From: Phaeosaccion multiseriatum
Lineage: Eukaryota; Protista; Ochrophyta, other classes
Direction of reading: 5' to 3'
Assembly: GCA_965112735.1 (NCBI GenBank)
Contig: OZ218962.1
Coordinates: forward strand, 2,728,001-2,792,000
Length of the DNA: 64,000 nucleotides
Of the stretch, positions 17,837 to 29,267 are shown piece after piece. Made by a program: the position numbers and the translations under genes. Numbering within the stretch: the stretch's first letter is position 1; each line of letters begins with the position of its first letter. The notes below the pieces were generated by a model. It did not search any database. It was not told where the DNA came from and worked only from the letters and a program-made list of their open reading frames with translations.

Positions 17837-20800
17837 ATGGCGACCTTGAAGGAGGGAGTGGTCGGTGTGCGGAGCAAGAGCGAGAAGTGGAGGTGAGCGC
17901 GGGGGGGTGGGGGGCAAGGACGCCGGGTGATGTACACTTCCGGTGCTGTGTGCGACATTTCTACCACACTGGGCTGCATGATGGTCCTGCGCGTGAGCTT
18001 TGAGCATGCTGCTGTCTTCTCAGCCCCAATAGAACTTGAAGCAAGGGCGGCGCGTTATTCCATCCATCACGTGCCTGCGCTGGGTCGGCGAAACCAAGGG
18101 CATAAGCTCTTCATGGGATACTGGCGGCCCCTCGTTCTCGTTGCTCGGCTCATGACTCATGATTTGGGAGCGGCTTTACAGCCAGTCCAAAATCTTTTTC
18201 TCGCCGGCCAGCCGAAGCCCATCGGCAGCTCAGGAATAAGGCCATCCCTCCGCGATTCTTCTCCGCTAACGCCGTGTGCACAATAGTCTCACTCCTCTCC
18301 TTGCGTGCCTTCCCTTTCATCTCGTTGTCGCCCTCCCCCTATGTAGGCAAGAAGATGATCGCGCCAACGAGAGGATGCGAGAAGTAGCTCTGAGCGTGCT
18401 GGGCGACACCGAGGACGGGTGTGCTCAGAAGGGGCAGCTAGGCATCGAGCTCCGCCGCGAGTGCGCAGACGAGTACGCGCACTTCGGCAAGCTACAACTC
18501 TTCCTCGACGCCAACAAAGACTTGTTCCGTCCGGGAGTGGCCACGGATGTGGTTGCCTTGACGAGGGCAGGTAGAAGAGCTGCCTTAGCAGCAGCGCGTC
18601 AGTCGATGCCGGCGTCGGGAGAGGCGCAGTATGTGCAGGAGGAGACAAGCCCGCAGCTGCAGCAGAGACAACAACAGAGGGAGGCAGCGCAGGCGGCGTT
18701 GCTGTACACCAGCGCCGTCCCGCCTCGTCAGCTCCCTTCCGCTTTAGCTGCTCTTCGAGAAGACGAGGACTATTCCCCATTTGGGGAGCCGGAGGGTGAT
18801 AGCGCCAACAGGCTGGAGGGTGATAGCGCCAACAGGAGAATGCGGAGCGTGGCGCTGGGGGTGCTCGGCGACTCTGTAGGTGGCTCTGTTCAGAAGGGGC
18901 AGTTGGGCTTAAAGCTCCGCCGCTACTGCCCCGGAGAGTATGCATACTTCGGCAAACTACAGATATTCCTCGACTGCAATGATGATTGGTTCCGGCAGGG
19001 GCTAGAGCGAGACGTTGTGGCTTTGACGAGGGCTGGCATGCAAGCCAGCTTGGCAGCAAGGCGATTCCCGCGGCAGTCTCGAAGAGAGGGGTCACAGCTG
19101 CAGCAGAGGCAGCAGAGAGACGCAGAGGAGCAGGAAAGTGAGTCGTTCTGCTACACCAGCCCCGCACAGTCTGATCAGATGCACTCTTCATCGACGGGGC
19201 TTGAGGAGGAGGATGTGGACGCTAACCATGGCATTTTGGTCGGGGTGAAAGCTCTCCTCGACAGAGCGGACAGTGAGCCAGCGAAGCATCGGACCGAGTA
19301 TGTGGTCGGGATGCATCAAGATGGTGGAGAAGCAACACGCGCCCTGTTGAGGAGCGAGCCTCCTTGTCTCACCTTTTCCTTCCTTTCCTCCGACGGATGC
19401 AGCTCATCGGCGAGGTTTCCGCAGGGACAACTGAGCTGGGAGGCCAGTGAGGTGCTGAATCGCCTCTTGGGTATGCCACAGCTCATCAAGGTCGCGCATG
19501 ACACTCATGAGCTGCTCGGGCCCTGGACTGCAGAGGCGGGATGGCAGCCTGCGGTCACCCAGGCGGCCGGCGTGCTGGACATTCAGCTTGCCTACGAGCT
19601 CGCTACGCACTTGCAGACAGGTAGAGGTGTACCAAACGCCTCCCTGGAGGACACTGTCGCCTACTTTGGGGGCAGCAGCGTAAAGGGAGGCGGGTGGGCA
19701 ACGGCAAGCGCCGAGCTGGCACGTCTCTATACGGGCGTGCGTGAGGCGTTGCTCGACAGTGGCGTCGAGGTTGTGCTCCGAGCCACGGCAACGAGAATGG
19801 AGCGAGCCCTCCGAGGAGAGAGGAGGAGGCACATCAGCTTCTGCCCTCGCAAAGGCTACTGCCTCATGAGTACAGAGCTGCTCCAAGCCATCCGACCATC
19901 CCCCGGGATCGAGGGCAGCCCTTCCACTGAGGCGCCCTTCAGTTCCCTCGCCAATGGGCATGTTTCCCGTGCTCCTCCTTCTGTTGTTATGGATGACACA
20001 GGGTCGCTTCTCAAGCTCCTGACGGACGAGTTGCAGGCCACCTTCAGCTTGTTTTCGCGGCCGGAGCTCGTGTGGAATGTGATTGGAAGCATTTCGTTGG
20101 ACACGGGCAAGCCTCCTGCTCTACGTACGCTGTCGGGGCAGAGAGTGTTGCTTCCGGGCCTTCCGTCTAGAGAGGAGGATGGCCCGCAAGCGACGACGAC
20201 TCCTGCTACTACTGGCGACGGCGATGCCGAGGGGGGGGACAGAGCAAAGGTGTGCATAGATGGCATTGCCCGCACGTTAGACTTTGGGCCAGACAACCGA
20301 GCCGGCTTCGATCAACAGCTTCACCGCGTCAGCGCTATCCGGGACAACAGAGGCAACGTGATTGGCATCACCATGCGAGTGGGGCGCTTCGTCAAGGGCA
20401 GCGCGGGCTTCATGCAGGACCTTCTCTTCTGTAAGCCCGAGGGGGCGCAGGCCCAGCCCGGCCCGTCTATCCTTCTAGTGGGGCCTCCGGGCTGCGGCAA
20501 GACCTCCATCCTTCGAGACATCGCCTATCAGCTGTCCACGACGAGCGTGCAAGCCGATGGGGTGACGGACAATGTGTTTGTGGTGGACACGTCCAATGAG
20601 ATTGGAGGGGACGGCGTGGTGCCGCATCCCGCCATTGGCGACGCTCGGAGGATGATGGTGAGGACCAAGTCGGAGCAAAAGACGGTCATGATTGAGTGCG
20701 TGCAGAACCACATGCCTGACGTGATTGTCATCGACGAGCTCTGTCTGCCCGGCGACGTCGAAGCGGCGAAGACCGTGAAGGAGAGTGGTGTGAGGGTGAT

Positions 20801-21362
20801 CGCAATGAGCAGACGTGCCAACGGAGGTTTCGTCGAGTCTTTGCTGCAGAGCGGAGGAGAGCTCGAGGGTGTGCTCCGCGGAGTGACGAAGGCTGACAAC
20901 AAGACAAGTCAGTCTCAAAAGGGTGGGGACCTCCTTTTCGATTACATAGTCGAGCTGACGCCTGGGAGTTTCGACAAGTGGTCCATCATCAACGTGAAGA
21001 GCGCGGTGGACTCGAGATTGCACAATGGTAGGTACACGGCCGAGGTCAGGGAGAGGCTTCGCAACAGCGGTGAAGGGGGGGAGACTACCGAAGAGCTGAC
21101 CATGAAAGTGGAGACGTTCGTCGTCGGAGGAGGAGGAGCAGGAGGAGCAGGAGGAGGAGGAGGAGGAGGAGGAGGAGGAGGAGGAGGAGCCGGATCAGGA
21201 GCGGGAGGAGGAGCCGGAGCAGAAGGAGGAGCCGAAGCAGGAGAAGAAGCAGGAGTAGGAGGAAGCAGTCTACCAGGGGAGACGCAAGTGCCGTCGGTGA
21301 ACGGAACGAGTCCGACGGCGGCGTTGCCTACATGGGCGAAGGTCGCGGGTTTCTCGCCTTAA
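17837..21362 (+). CDS. 2x LOTUS/OST-HTH-like + degenerate 3'-5' exonuclease-like + Ycf45/SpoIIIAA-type AAA+ ATPase (copy A)
   Basis: Exon 1 17837-17892 (AG|GTGAG) splices in frame to exon 2 18347-21362. Motifs: Walker A GPPGCGKTS, VVDTSNEIGGDG, MIECVQNH.PDVIVIDE, and LHRVSAIR...GITMRVGR (Ycf45 family). The N-terminal ~75-aa unit is duplicated, and 'LIKVAHD...GVLDIQLAYEL' is exonuclease-like. Confidence 0.85.
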
Positions 21363-21907
21363 AAGGGGGCGGGGTGACCCAGAGACTCTGAGGAGAGTCT
21401 TCGCTCGCTGTCAGGGCTTATCCTCCAAGGTCGTCAGAGGCCTTAGCCTGAGCTTACCAAGCGGAGAGCTCATGGACTTGGCAGGGAGAGCGGCTGGCTC
21501 AGCAATGCAGGATCAGCACAGCAGCAGGGCAGGCATCTCTAGATTTGTTGGTAGGAGGCTCGAATAAGGATTAAGTCATCTTACTACTATACTTCGAAGT
21601 ACTATTTTATCCTCATGCCCACACGAAGCTGTCAGCAAGAGAAAGCTGAAAATCCGTACATCAACACCTGCTACATGAAGATGATTTGAGGGACTCCGAG
21701 TCCTCACCTTTCTCCCCCCCCATACCCCCCCTGGGGAATTTAAATCACGCGCGTTCGCTCCGCCGCTCTCAAGGGAAGAGCGTGGGAGAGACAGGAGAAG
21801 GAGGAGCTGAGAAGGAGCAGACCTCCGTCCCCCATGCACGTGCTTCAATTGTATAGGCCAAATTGACTGCCTTGATTCCGAGGAGCAACGGCACGTTATC
21901 CAAAATC

Positions 21908-24204
21908 ATGGAGGAAGCGAGAGAGGGCAGCAGCGAGAGTACTCGGGATTCAAAGAGGGTACGATCCACCCCCATGAGCACCTTAGTTGGCCGCGGCAGC
22001 AGCAACAGCGGCGAAGATGGAGATGGGCGGGTCGTTCTCACTGGGCAAGCAGCTTCCGGGGGGGGGGCGGAGGACGAGAGGCACCGGCCGCTCGGCATCA
22101 AGGCCCTGTCTCTCGTGGTCAAGGTCATGGGCTGCAGGCGAGAGGTAAGCAGTAAGCAGTAAGCGGTAGCTGGCAGCTGCTTTCTTCGGCTGGGGAACTT
22201 AGCATCTTGCTCGATGCCTCACGGGGGCTGCAGCTGGGGAAACATGTAAGGTTGCTCTTCTTGCCTGACGTCGCCCCCGCCTCTCCCTCTCCTGCGTGCA
22301 CTCAGACATGGGGCCTGTCGCGTGGGGCAGACCTTGTCACCCCGAGACGAGTTGTGCTACACTCTCTGGTCCCCGTTCCAGTGACACTCCGGCTGGTGGA
22401 CATGCTCCGGCGTCAGAAGGAGGCAGAGGAGCGCAAAGTAGCTCCTCCCCCCCCCACTGGTCCTCGCATCAAGATGAGCGCGCACTTACGCAAGCTGCTG
22501 CTTCAGGAGGGTAGTACCTGCATGACCTCGGGCGATGAGAGTCTCTGTGCCTCGGAGAAGGAGGAGGCAGACGGCCCGAGGAGCTTTGCGGTGGCCCAGG
22601 TTCGACTGGGGCAGAAGTTCAACGATATGGGCTTCCTCTGGAGCACCATGAAGTCCAGCACCAAGTCCTCTGAGCACAATGTGGCGGGGTTCGAGGAGCA
22701 TGGGGGCATGGTGCAGAGGCTGCTGCAGCTCCTGCCGAGGTCCATCACCCACGTCATTTTCGGAGACTTGCCCAACGAGCGCGTCACACGTCTCCCCGAG
22801 TGGCTCACCGTCGTGGAGTTCGGGCAGTGCTTCGCTCACTGCGTGTCTCTCCCTTCTGGACTGAGGAAAGTTGTGTTTGGTGACATGTTCAACTGCCATG
22901 ACGTGCTCTTGCCGCCTGGCCTGGAGGAAGTGACGTTCGGGCGCTACTTCACTGGCTTCTCGCCCAGACCGCTGAAGCAGCAGCAGCAGCAGCCGCAGCC
23001 GCAGCCGCAGCAAGGCGGGCTGCAGAGCGGGCGCAGAACGACGCGGGCTCAGTTGTCGGCAGCTCAGACGGTAGTGGAGTCAGTATCGCCGCCTTTGACG
23101 CCTCTCCCAGCTGTCCATCCAGTCCTGCCGTCGACTCTGAGAAAGATCACCTTCGGGAATCGGTTCAATCAGCAAGTGGACTTACCGAACTTGCTGGATG
23201 CAGTGGAATTCGGGGACTGGTTCGATAGAGCCGTCGTGCTGCCTGCGGGCGGGAGGTTTCGCAGCGTGAAGTTTGGATGCAGCTACAACCAGGACACTAA
23301 ACTACCCGACTCGCTGGAGGAGGTGATCTTCGGGAGGGACTTTAACAGACCCGTCGTTCTGCCCGCGTCCCTGCGCAAGGTTGTGTTCGGGGACGCGTTC
23401 AATCAGCCTGGCTTGGAGCTGCCTCATCAGCAGCTTGCGGAAGTGGCCTTTGGGCAAACTTTCAACAGGCCACTTTGCCTCCCGTCTTGCCTGAAAAAGG
23501 TCTCCTTTGGCGACCGCTTCCAACAGCTGGACCCGCACCTTCCCGAGTCGCTCGAGGAGCTCTCTCTGGCCGGGTCGTGCTTCAACGCCCCCCTCCCTGC
23601 TCTCCCACCCTCTCTCAAGAGTCTTCGCCTGGGTAACGCCTACAACCAGTCCCACTTAACCCTCCCCAAGGGTCTCGAGAAGATCAGCTTCGGTAGGATG
23701 TACTCGTTGCAGACGGACCATGTGGTGGAGCGACTTCCCCTGTCCATCAGAGAGCTGACCTTTTCGCTCAAGTTTTGGGGAGAGGGCCCTCCCTTCATCC
23801 TGCTCGAAATGCCGGTGGAGGGCTCCGTGCCGGCGTTCTTGTCCACCGCAGTGGCGCAGTTGCACCGCAGCGGAGTGCACGAGGTGCGCAGGACTACGAC
23901 CTACCGCTTCGGCACGATGACGCTCTTCTTTGACCGAGTGATGCCAGGGCGGGGTCAAGATGGCATCGACCAGGCTGCTGCCCCCTGTGCTAGAGGCCGT
24001 TCTTGTGCTGGCGGGGATGCGGGTTGCCTCCCCTTTGCTTCGCCCGAGGACGTGGGGGGGAGAGAGCTTGGTCGGACTTGGTCTCAAACTGAGGCAATGT
24101 CGGAGACTGGGGCCGAGAACGAGGAGGCGCCTTGTGGTGAGCGTGGCGAGGGAGACGAGACTCCTCAGCGACTCGACTTCGAGGACCTGGCCACGTCACT
24201 GTGA
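21908..24204 (+). CDS. FNIP-repeat protein (copy 1)
   Basis: Exon 1 21908-22144 (GAG|GTAAG) joins exon 2 22306-24204 in frame. Many ~22-aa 'LP.SL..V.FG..FN' FNIP units. Confidence 0.85.
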
Positions 24205-24806
24205 CCGACCGATCGACCGACCGAATTGCAAAGCGGGCCAACCGAACCGAACGTAGGCCGGCAATAGGCGTGAAGGGCAACAAGGAGGGCAAGCGAGGCG
24301 GGCGGGCCTTTTGGTGGGCCCTGGCTGTGCAGTGAGTGACACATCCAGAGGCGGAAACCGCGCGAGTGAGAAGGGGTGAGTTGTGCCAACCGTGGTGGGG
24401 CGAGGAGCGAGGAGCAGCATGCTTGGGCGAGCGTATCGCAGTTTGGTGGTGCCGCGCCTGTGCCTTTTCTTGCCTTACTGTGTGACGGCGTCTGGGCTGC
24501 GTAGGCGTGGATGGGCTAGCTCAGGGGCCGCGGGTGGAAACGAAGCAGGTAGAGGTATTTGGCGGGGACATGGAGAGGGTGGAGGAGTGAAGTAGAAGAA
24601 GTGGCTATAGCAGGTCCCAGGCACGGTCAGCACATGAGGTGAGGACAGGGAGAGCGGTGGGAAGAGCGGTTGAAGAGTAGAGCGTAGTACCAACTTGTGC
24701 AGGCGGCACATTCTCGGTGCCCTCGCTTGCTCAAAACTCAAAGCTCTACTCTCCACGCCTGTATAATTAAAATAGGCTCTTTATACATGCCACGCTCATG
24801 GGCCTA

Positions 24807-27026
24807 TCAAAATCCGTCGCTTTTTCCTCCTCCGAATGTCTCTACTTTCGTGGTGAGCGCTTCGGTGGTCTGCCCCCCCTCTTCGCCGCCGCTGCGAACC
24901 CTCTCCCTGACCTCCGCCGTGTACTTGCCATTGTGCAACCTCGAGTCCACTGCCCTCTTCACGTTGATGATAGACCACTTGTCGAAGCAGCTCGGCCCAG
25001 GCTGTAGCTCGACTATGTAATCGAAAATGGGATCCCCGCCCCTCTGAGTCTGCATCTTGTTGCCCCCGTTGTCACTCTTCGCCAAGGCGTCGCCAAGCAT
25101 GACCTTCTCCACTCCACCTAGCAGGCCCTTGAGCTCCCCGTTGCGCAGCAAAGACTCGAACGACCCATGTGCGCTGCCGATCAAGCGGACACCCCTCTCC
25201 TTCACGGTCTTGGCGGCGTCGACCTCCGCACGCAGCGAGATCTCGTCGATGACAATCACGTCGGGTGTGTGGTTCTGCACGCACTCAATCATGACCGTCT
25301 TTTGCTCCGACTTGGTCCTCACCATCATCCTTCGAGCGTCGCCAATGGCGGGATGCGGCACCACGCCGTCCCCTCCAATCTCATTGGACGTGTCCACCAC
25401 AAACACATTGTCCATCACCCCATCGGCTTGCACGCTCGTCGTGGACAGCTGATAGGCGATGTCTCGAAGGATGGAGGTCTTGCCGCAGCCCGGAGGCCCC
25501 ACTAGAAGGATGGACGGGCCGGGCTGGGCCTGCGCCCCCTCGGGCTTACAGAAGAGAAGGTCCTGCATGAAGCTCGCGCTGCCCTTGACGAAGCGCCCCA
25601 CTCGCATGGTGATGCCAATCACGTTGCCTCTGTTGTCCCGGATAGCGCTGACGCGGTGAAGCTGTTGATCGAAGCTGGCTCGGTTGTCTGGCCCAAAGTC
25701 TAACGTGCGGGCAATGTCCTCGATGCACTTGTTCGTTTTCTCAATCACGAGGTTGGGTGGAGGCTGCCGGCACCCATCCTTCTCCTCCCTCTTGTTCTGC
25801 GCGAACACGCCTCCGAAAGGCTGGAAGCCTCCTCCGCGCTTCTCAGCGGCGCGTGTCTCTCGCCCTTGTTCCTTCGCCGCTATCTCGAGCATGACCTTCT
25901 CCCCCGACAGCGTCAGCGCGAAGGGAGACCTGCCCTTGTCCAGTGCGATGTCCCGCACCTTCCACAAGAGCGGAGAGGAGGGCTCGAACATGGTCTTAAA
26001 CTCCTCCGGCAAGAGCTTCTGCAGATCCGTGATATCGACGTCCACCAGAGGCAAAGACTGCAGTTCCCCCGCCCCAGCATTTAATGAATCATAGGCGAGG
26101 GCATGAAAGAGCTCCATACTCATGACACTGTAGGCCTTCTGCGGGCAGAAGCTGATGTGCCTCCTCCTCTCTCCTCGGAGGGCTCGCTCCATTCTCGTTG
26201 CCGTGGCTCGGAGCACAACCTCGACGCCACGGTCGAGCAAAGCCTTGCGCACGCCCGCATAGAGACGTGCCAGCTCGGCGCTTGCCGTTGCCCACCCGCT
26301 TCCCTTTACGCTGCTGCCCCCAAAGTAGGCGACAATGTCCTCCAGGGAGGCGTTTGGTACACCTCTACCTGTCTGCAAGTGCGTAGCGAGCTCGTAGGCA
26401 AGCTGAATGTCCAGCACGCCGGCCGCATGGGTGACCGCAGGCTGCCATCCCGCCTCTGCAGTCCAGGGCCCGAGCAGCTCGTGAGTGTCATGCGCGACCT
26501 TGATGAGCTGTGGCATACCCAAGAGGCGATTCAGCACCTCACTGGCCTCCCAGCTCAGTTTTCCCTGCGGAAAACTCGCCGGTGCGCTGGATCCGTTGGA
26601 GCAGGAAAGGAGGTAGAAGTCGAGGCACGGAGGGGCTTTGCGCAGAGGGATACTTGAGCGCGTATCTGTATGCTGGTGCATGCCGATCACAAGCCCGGCC
26701 TTGTAGCGAGCTGGCTCACTGTCCGCTTTGTCGAGGAGAGTTTCCACATCAGAGGTGGTGTAGGTTGCTGGTGCAGATGATGTTACCTTCTCCTTCTTCT
26801 CGGATAATCTGACACGTTCGTTGTTGTTGAATCTCTCAAAGAGGTCCTTGTTCCTGTCAAAGAACGCTCCCAGCTTCATGCCGAGGGCGCGGTACTCTTT
26901 TGGACACCGGGTCGTGAGCTGGGTTCCCATTCGCGAAATGTCAATCTCCCCTCCGTCAGCAACCAGTAGTACTTTGCGTGCTTCCCGCCTCACCGTCTCG
27001 TGAGTCATGACTGCCGACGATGGCAT
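24807..27026 (-). CDS. LOTUS/OST-HTH-like + degenerate 3'-5' exonuclease-like + Ycf45/SpoIIIAA-type AAA+ ATPase (copy B), intronless
   Basis: First ATG at 27026 (MPSSAV...). Same ATPase motifs as copy A, plus intact 'TVKERGVRLIGSAHG'. One N-terminal wHTH-like unit. Confidence 0.87.
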   Translation of the reverse strand: MPSSAVMTHETVRREARKVLLVADGGEIDISRMGTQLTTRCPKEYRALGMKLGAFFDRNKDLFERFNNNERVRLSEKKEKVTSSAPATYTTSDVETLLDKADSEPARYKAGLVIGMHQHTDTRSSIPLRKAPPCLDFYLLSCSNGSSAPASFPQGKLSWEASEVLNRLLGMPQLIKVAHDTHELLGPWTAEAGWQPAVTHAAGVLDIQLAYELATHLQTGRGVPNASLEDIVAYFGGSSVKGSGWATASAELARLYAGVRKALLDRGVEVVLRATATRMERALRGERRRHISFCPQKAYSVMSMELFHALAYDSLNAGAGELQSLPLVDVDITDLQKLLPEEFKTMFEPSSPLLWKVRDIALDKGRSPFALTLSGEKVMLEIAAKEQGRETRAAEKRGGGFQPFGGVFAQNKREEKDGCRQPPPNLVIEKTNKCIEDIARTLDFGPDNRASFDQQLHRVSAIRDNRGNVIGITMRVGRFVKGSASFMQDLLFCKPEGAQAQPGPSILLVGPPGCGKTSILRDIAYQLSTTSVQADGVMDNVFVVDTSNEIGGDGVVPHPAIGDARRMMVRTKSEQKTVMIECVQNHTPDVIVIDEISLRAEVDAAKTVKERGVRLIGSAHGSFESLLRNGELKGLLGGVEKVMLGDALAKSDNGGNKMQTQRGGDPIFDYIVELQPGPSCFDKWSIINVKRAVDSRLHNGKYTAEVRERVRSGGEEGGQTTEALTTKVETFGGGKSDGF

Positions 27027-27791
27027 GATCTCGCTCGCCCAGTAGCGTACTGTGTATGAGATGACCTGATGGCGGTGACCGCGAGACGAGGTCAGGGCTG
27101 CGGCGAGCGGCAGCCGGCAGCGACAGTGGTGGCGAGACAACAAGAAGGGCGGGTGTCACAGAAGTCAGGCAGTCGAGGCGGGAAGGAGAGAAGAGAGACA
27201 AGCACCTGCTACACGTACCTGTATAGCGGGACCCACAAGCAGCAAGGATCAGCAGGGAAAGAGCGAGAGCTGCCCCCTCCCAGCACCTCTCGGTGAAAGC
27301 CTCAGTTCTTCTCTCTTCTCCATCTCGGAGGAATTGAGAAATTCCCGAGTAGCCAGTCCGACGGCGGGCGTTCCGTTTTTCTCGTCCGTTTTTCTCGCGA
27401 TCAGGGAAGTGGGAAGGCCCCACACCCTCCACACCCTACACCCTCTGATAAGAAGCAGGCGTTCGCGAGAAGTCTTTTGCACGTGCATGGGGAGGCACCC
27501 CTCCTGCATGGGGTGACCCAGCAGGCAGGAGTCCATAGCAGCAGCATCGAGAGGGGGAGGCAGCGCAGATGGTCAAGAACCGATGAATAGAGGGAGGCGA
27601 GAGGTGGCGCACCACACCCATTTGCGGGACAAGAGGCACCGGATGAGAGTACAATAGCTGCGAGCGGGCACCCCCATCATCGGGGTGGAGGGGCCTCCAA
27701 CTCGCCGGCTTCTGGCTCAGTGATCGCGGGGGGCTGAGAGAGAAGCAAAACCCTCAGCCTGCTCACACACACGGAGGGAGTAGGGTCCAGG

Positions 27792-29229
27792 ATGAAGCCT
27801 CTCTCGATTGTCCTGTTGGTATCGAGTGTGCTGTTTCCTGCACTGCTGCTGCCCCACTTCCTTTGGCTGCTACGCAACCGACACCGCCAGGCTGGTGAGT
27901 GAATAGAGCAAAGGGGGGGGGGGGTGTACAGAGGGGTGATGTGCATTGAGTAAGAAGTGGGAAGTTCTTCAGGGGGAAGTGGGTGAATGGGGGGGGGTAA
28001 GTACTGGGAGGGAAGGAGGGAGCTAACAGAGGGAGAGGCAGAGAAAGAGAGGGGAAGTGAGAGGGGGAGAGCAGCAACGGGAGAGGAGAAGGGCCGAGGA
28101 GACACCGGGGCCGTGGGACGTGACTACCATCAGGTGAAGGGGTGGGGTGGGACAACCGCGAAACGTCTGCATGAGACGTCTCAAAGTCAAGTGATTGAGG
28201 CCCTCGGTTTTGAAGCTACCTACCATGATGACATTGCAACACCGCGTTGCTGCATCCCTTTCCTTTGTTTGCTCTCCTTCCCCTCCCATTCCTCCCCTTC
28301 AGTGCGCGCACGCTCACCTGGGTTGGTGATGATCCTCTCGGGTATGTAACGTCTATCCATATATCGAAGACCACCTGTACCGACATGTTGGGTAGGCCAC
28401 ATCTATCCACAACTCAGCATTTGCTACTACTGCTACTGGTGGAGTGTAAAAGCATGGCTTAAGAGTTTGTGTGTGTTCTTTGATGTGCTGCTCTTGCGCC
28501 CCACCTTCCTTCCACCTTCTTGTGCCCTTTGGCGAGGCTCCTCCGTGCGTGTGGTGGCCCGTGCTGCCATATGCGCTTTCTCCTTGCCTTCCCCGCATTG
28601 CTTTCTTCCCTTCCCGTTGCACCCCTTGGCGAATGCCTTCAATTTCGACGGCAGACAATGTCCTCCCTCAGCTAGGCCCCTTACCGCTTCTACACGTCGT
28701 TCACGGGCTTTTCCAAGCACCTCGGCGCCACCACTCACGTCTCCTCCTTCCCTCCCTCCCTTCCTCACTCACTCACTCACTCACTCACTCGCTCACTCCC
28801 TCCCTCCCTCCCACCCACCCGCCCACGCGTTCGGCCCTGTCTTCGCAGCGGCACACATTGTCGGCGCCATCGTCCTCGTGCGGCAAGAAATCGCGCGTCA
28901 GGAAGGGTGGGATTTCCCCTGTGAGGTGATTCTGTGGTTGGCCTTTCTCAAAGAGGTGTTTGTCGGTAAGTCCGCAGATGAGAGATCAGCAGGAGAGAGA
29001 GAGAGAGAGAGAGAGAAGAAGAAGCGAGTCCTTCGTCAGCTGGAAGGGGGTTGCATCGTTCTAGTTTCTTTGTCTTCTTCTTCTCTCTCTCCTTTAATCT
29101 CTTGTGTTCTCCTTCCTCTACCCCGGCACCTCTCCCTCCTGCCGGCCTTGGTGGAGGGAGGAGAGAGACATGCCCTGCCCACTACTGCGATTGCCCCCTT
29201 TCTCCCCCTTCGATACTCACGCACAAAGC

Positions 29230-29267
<38 letters not shown>

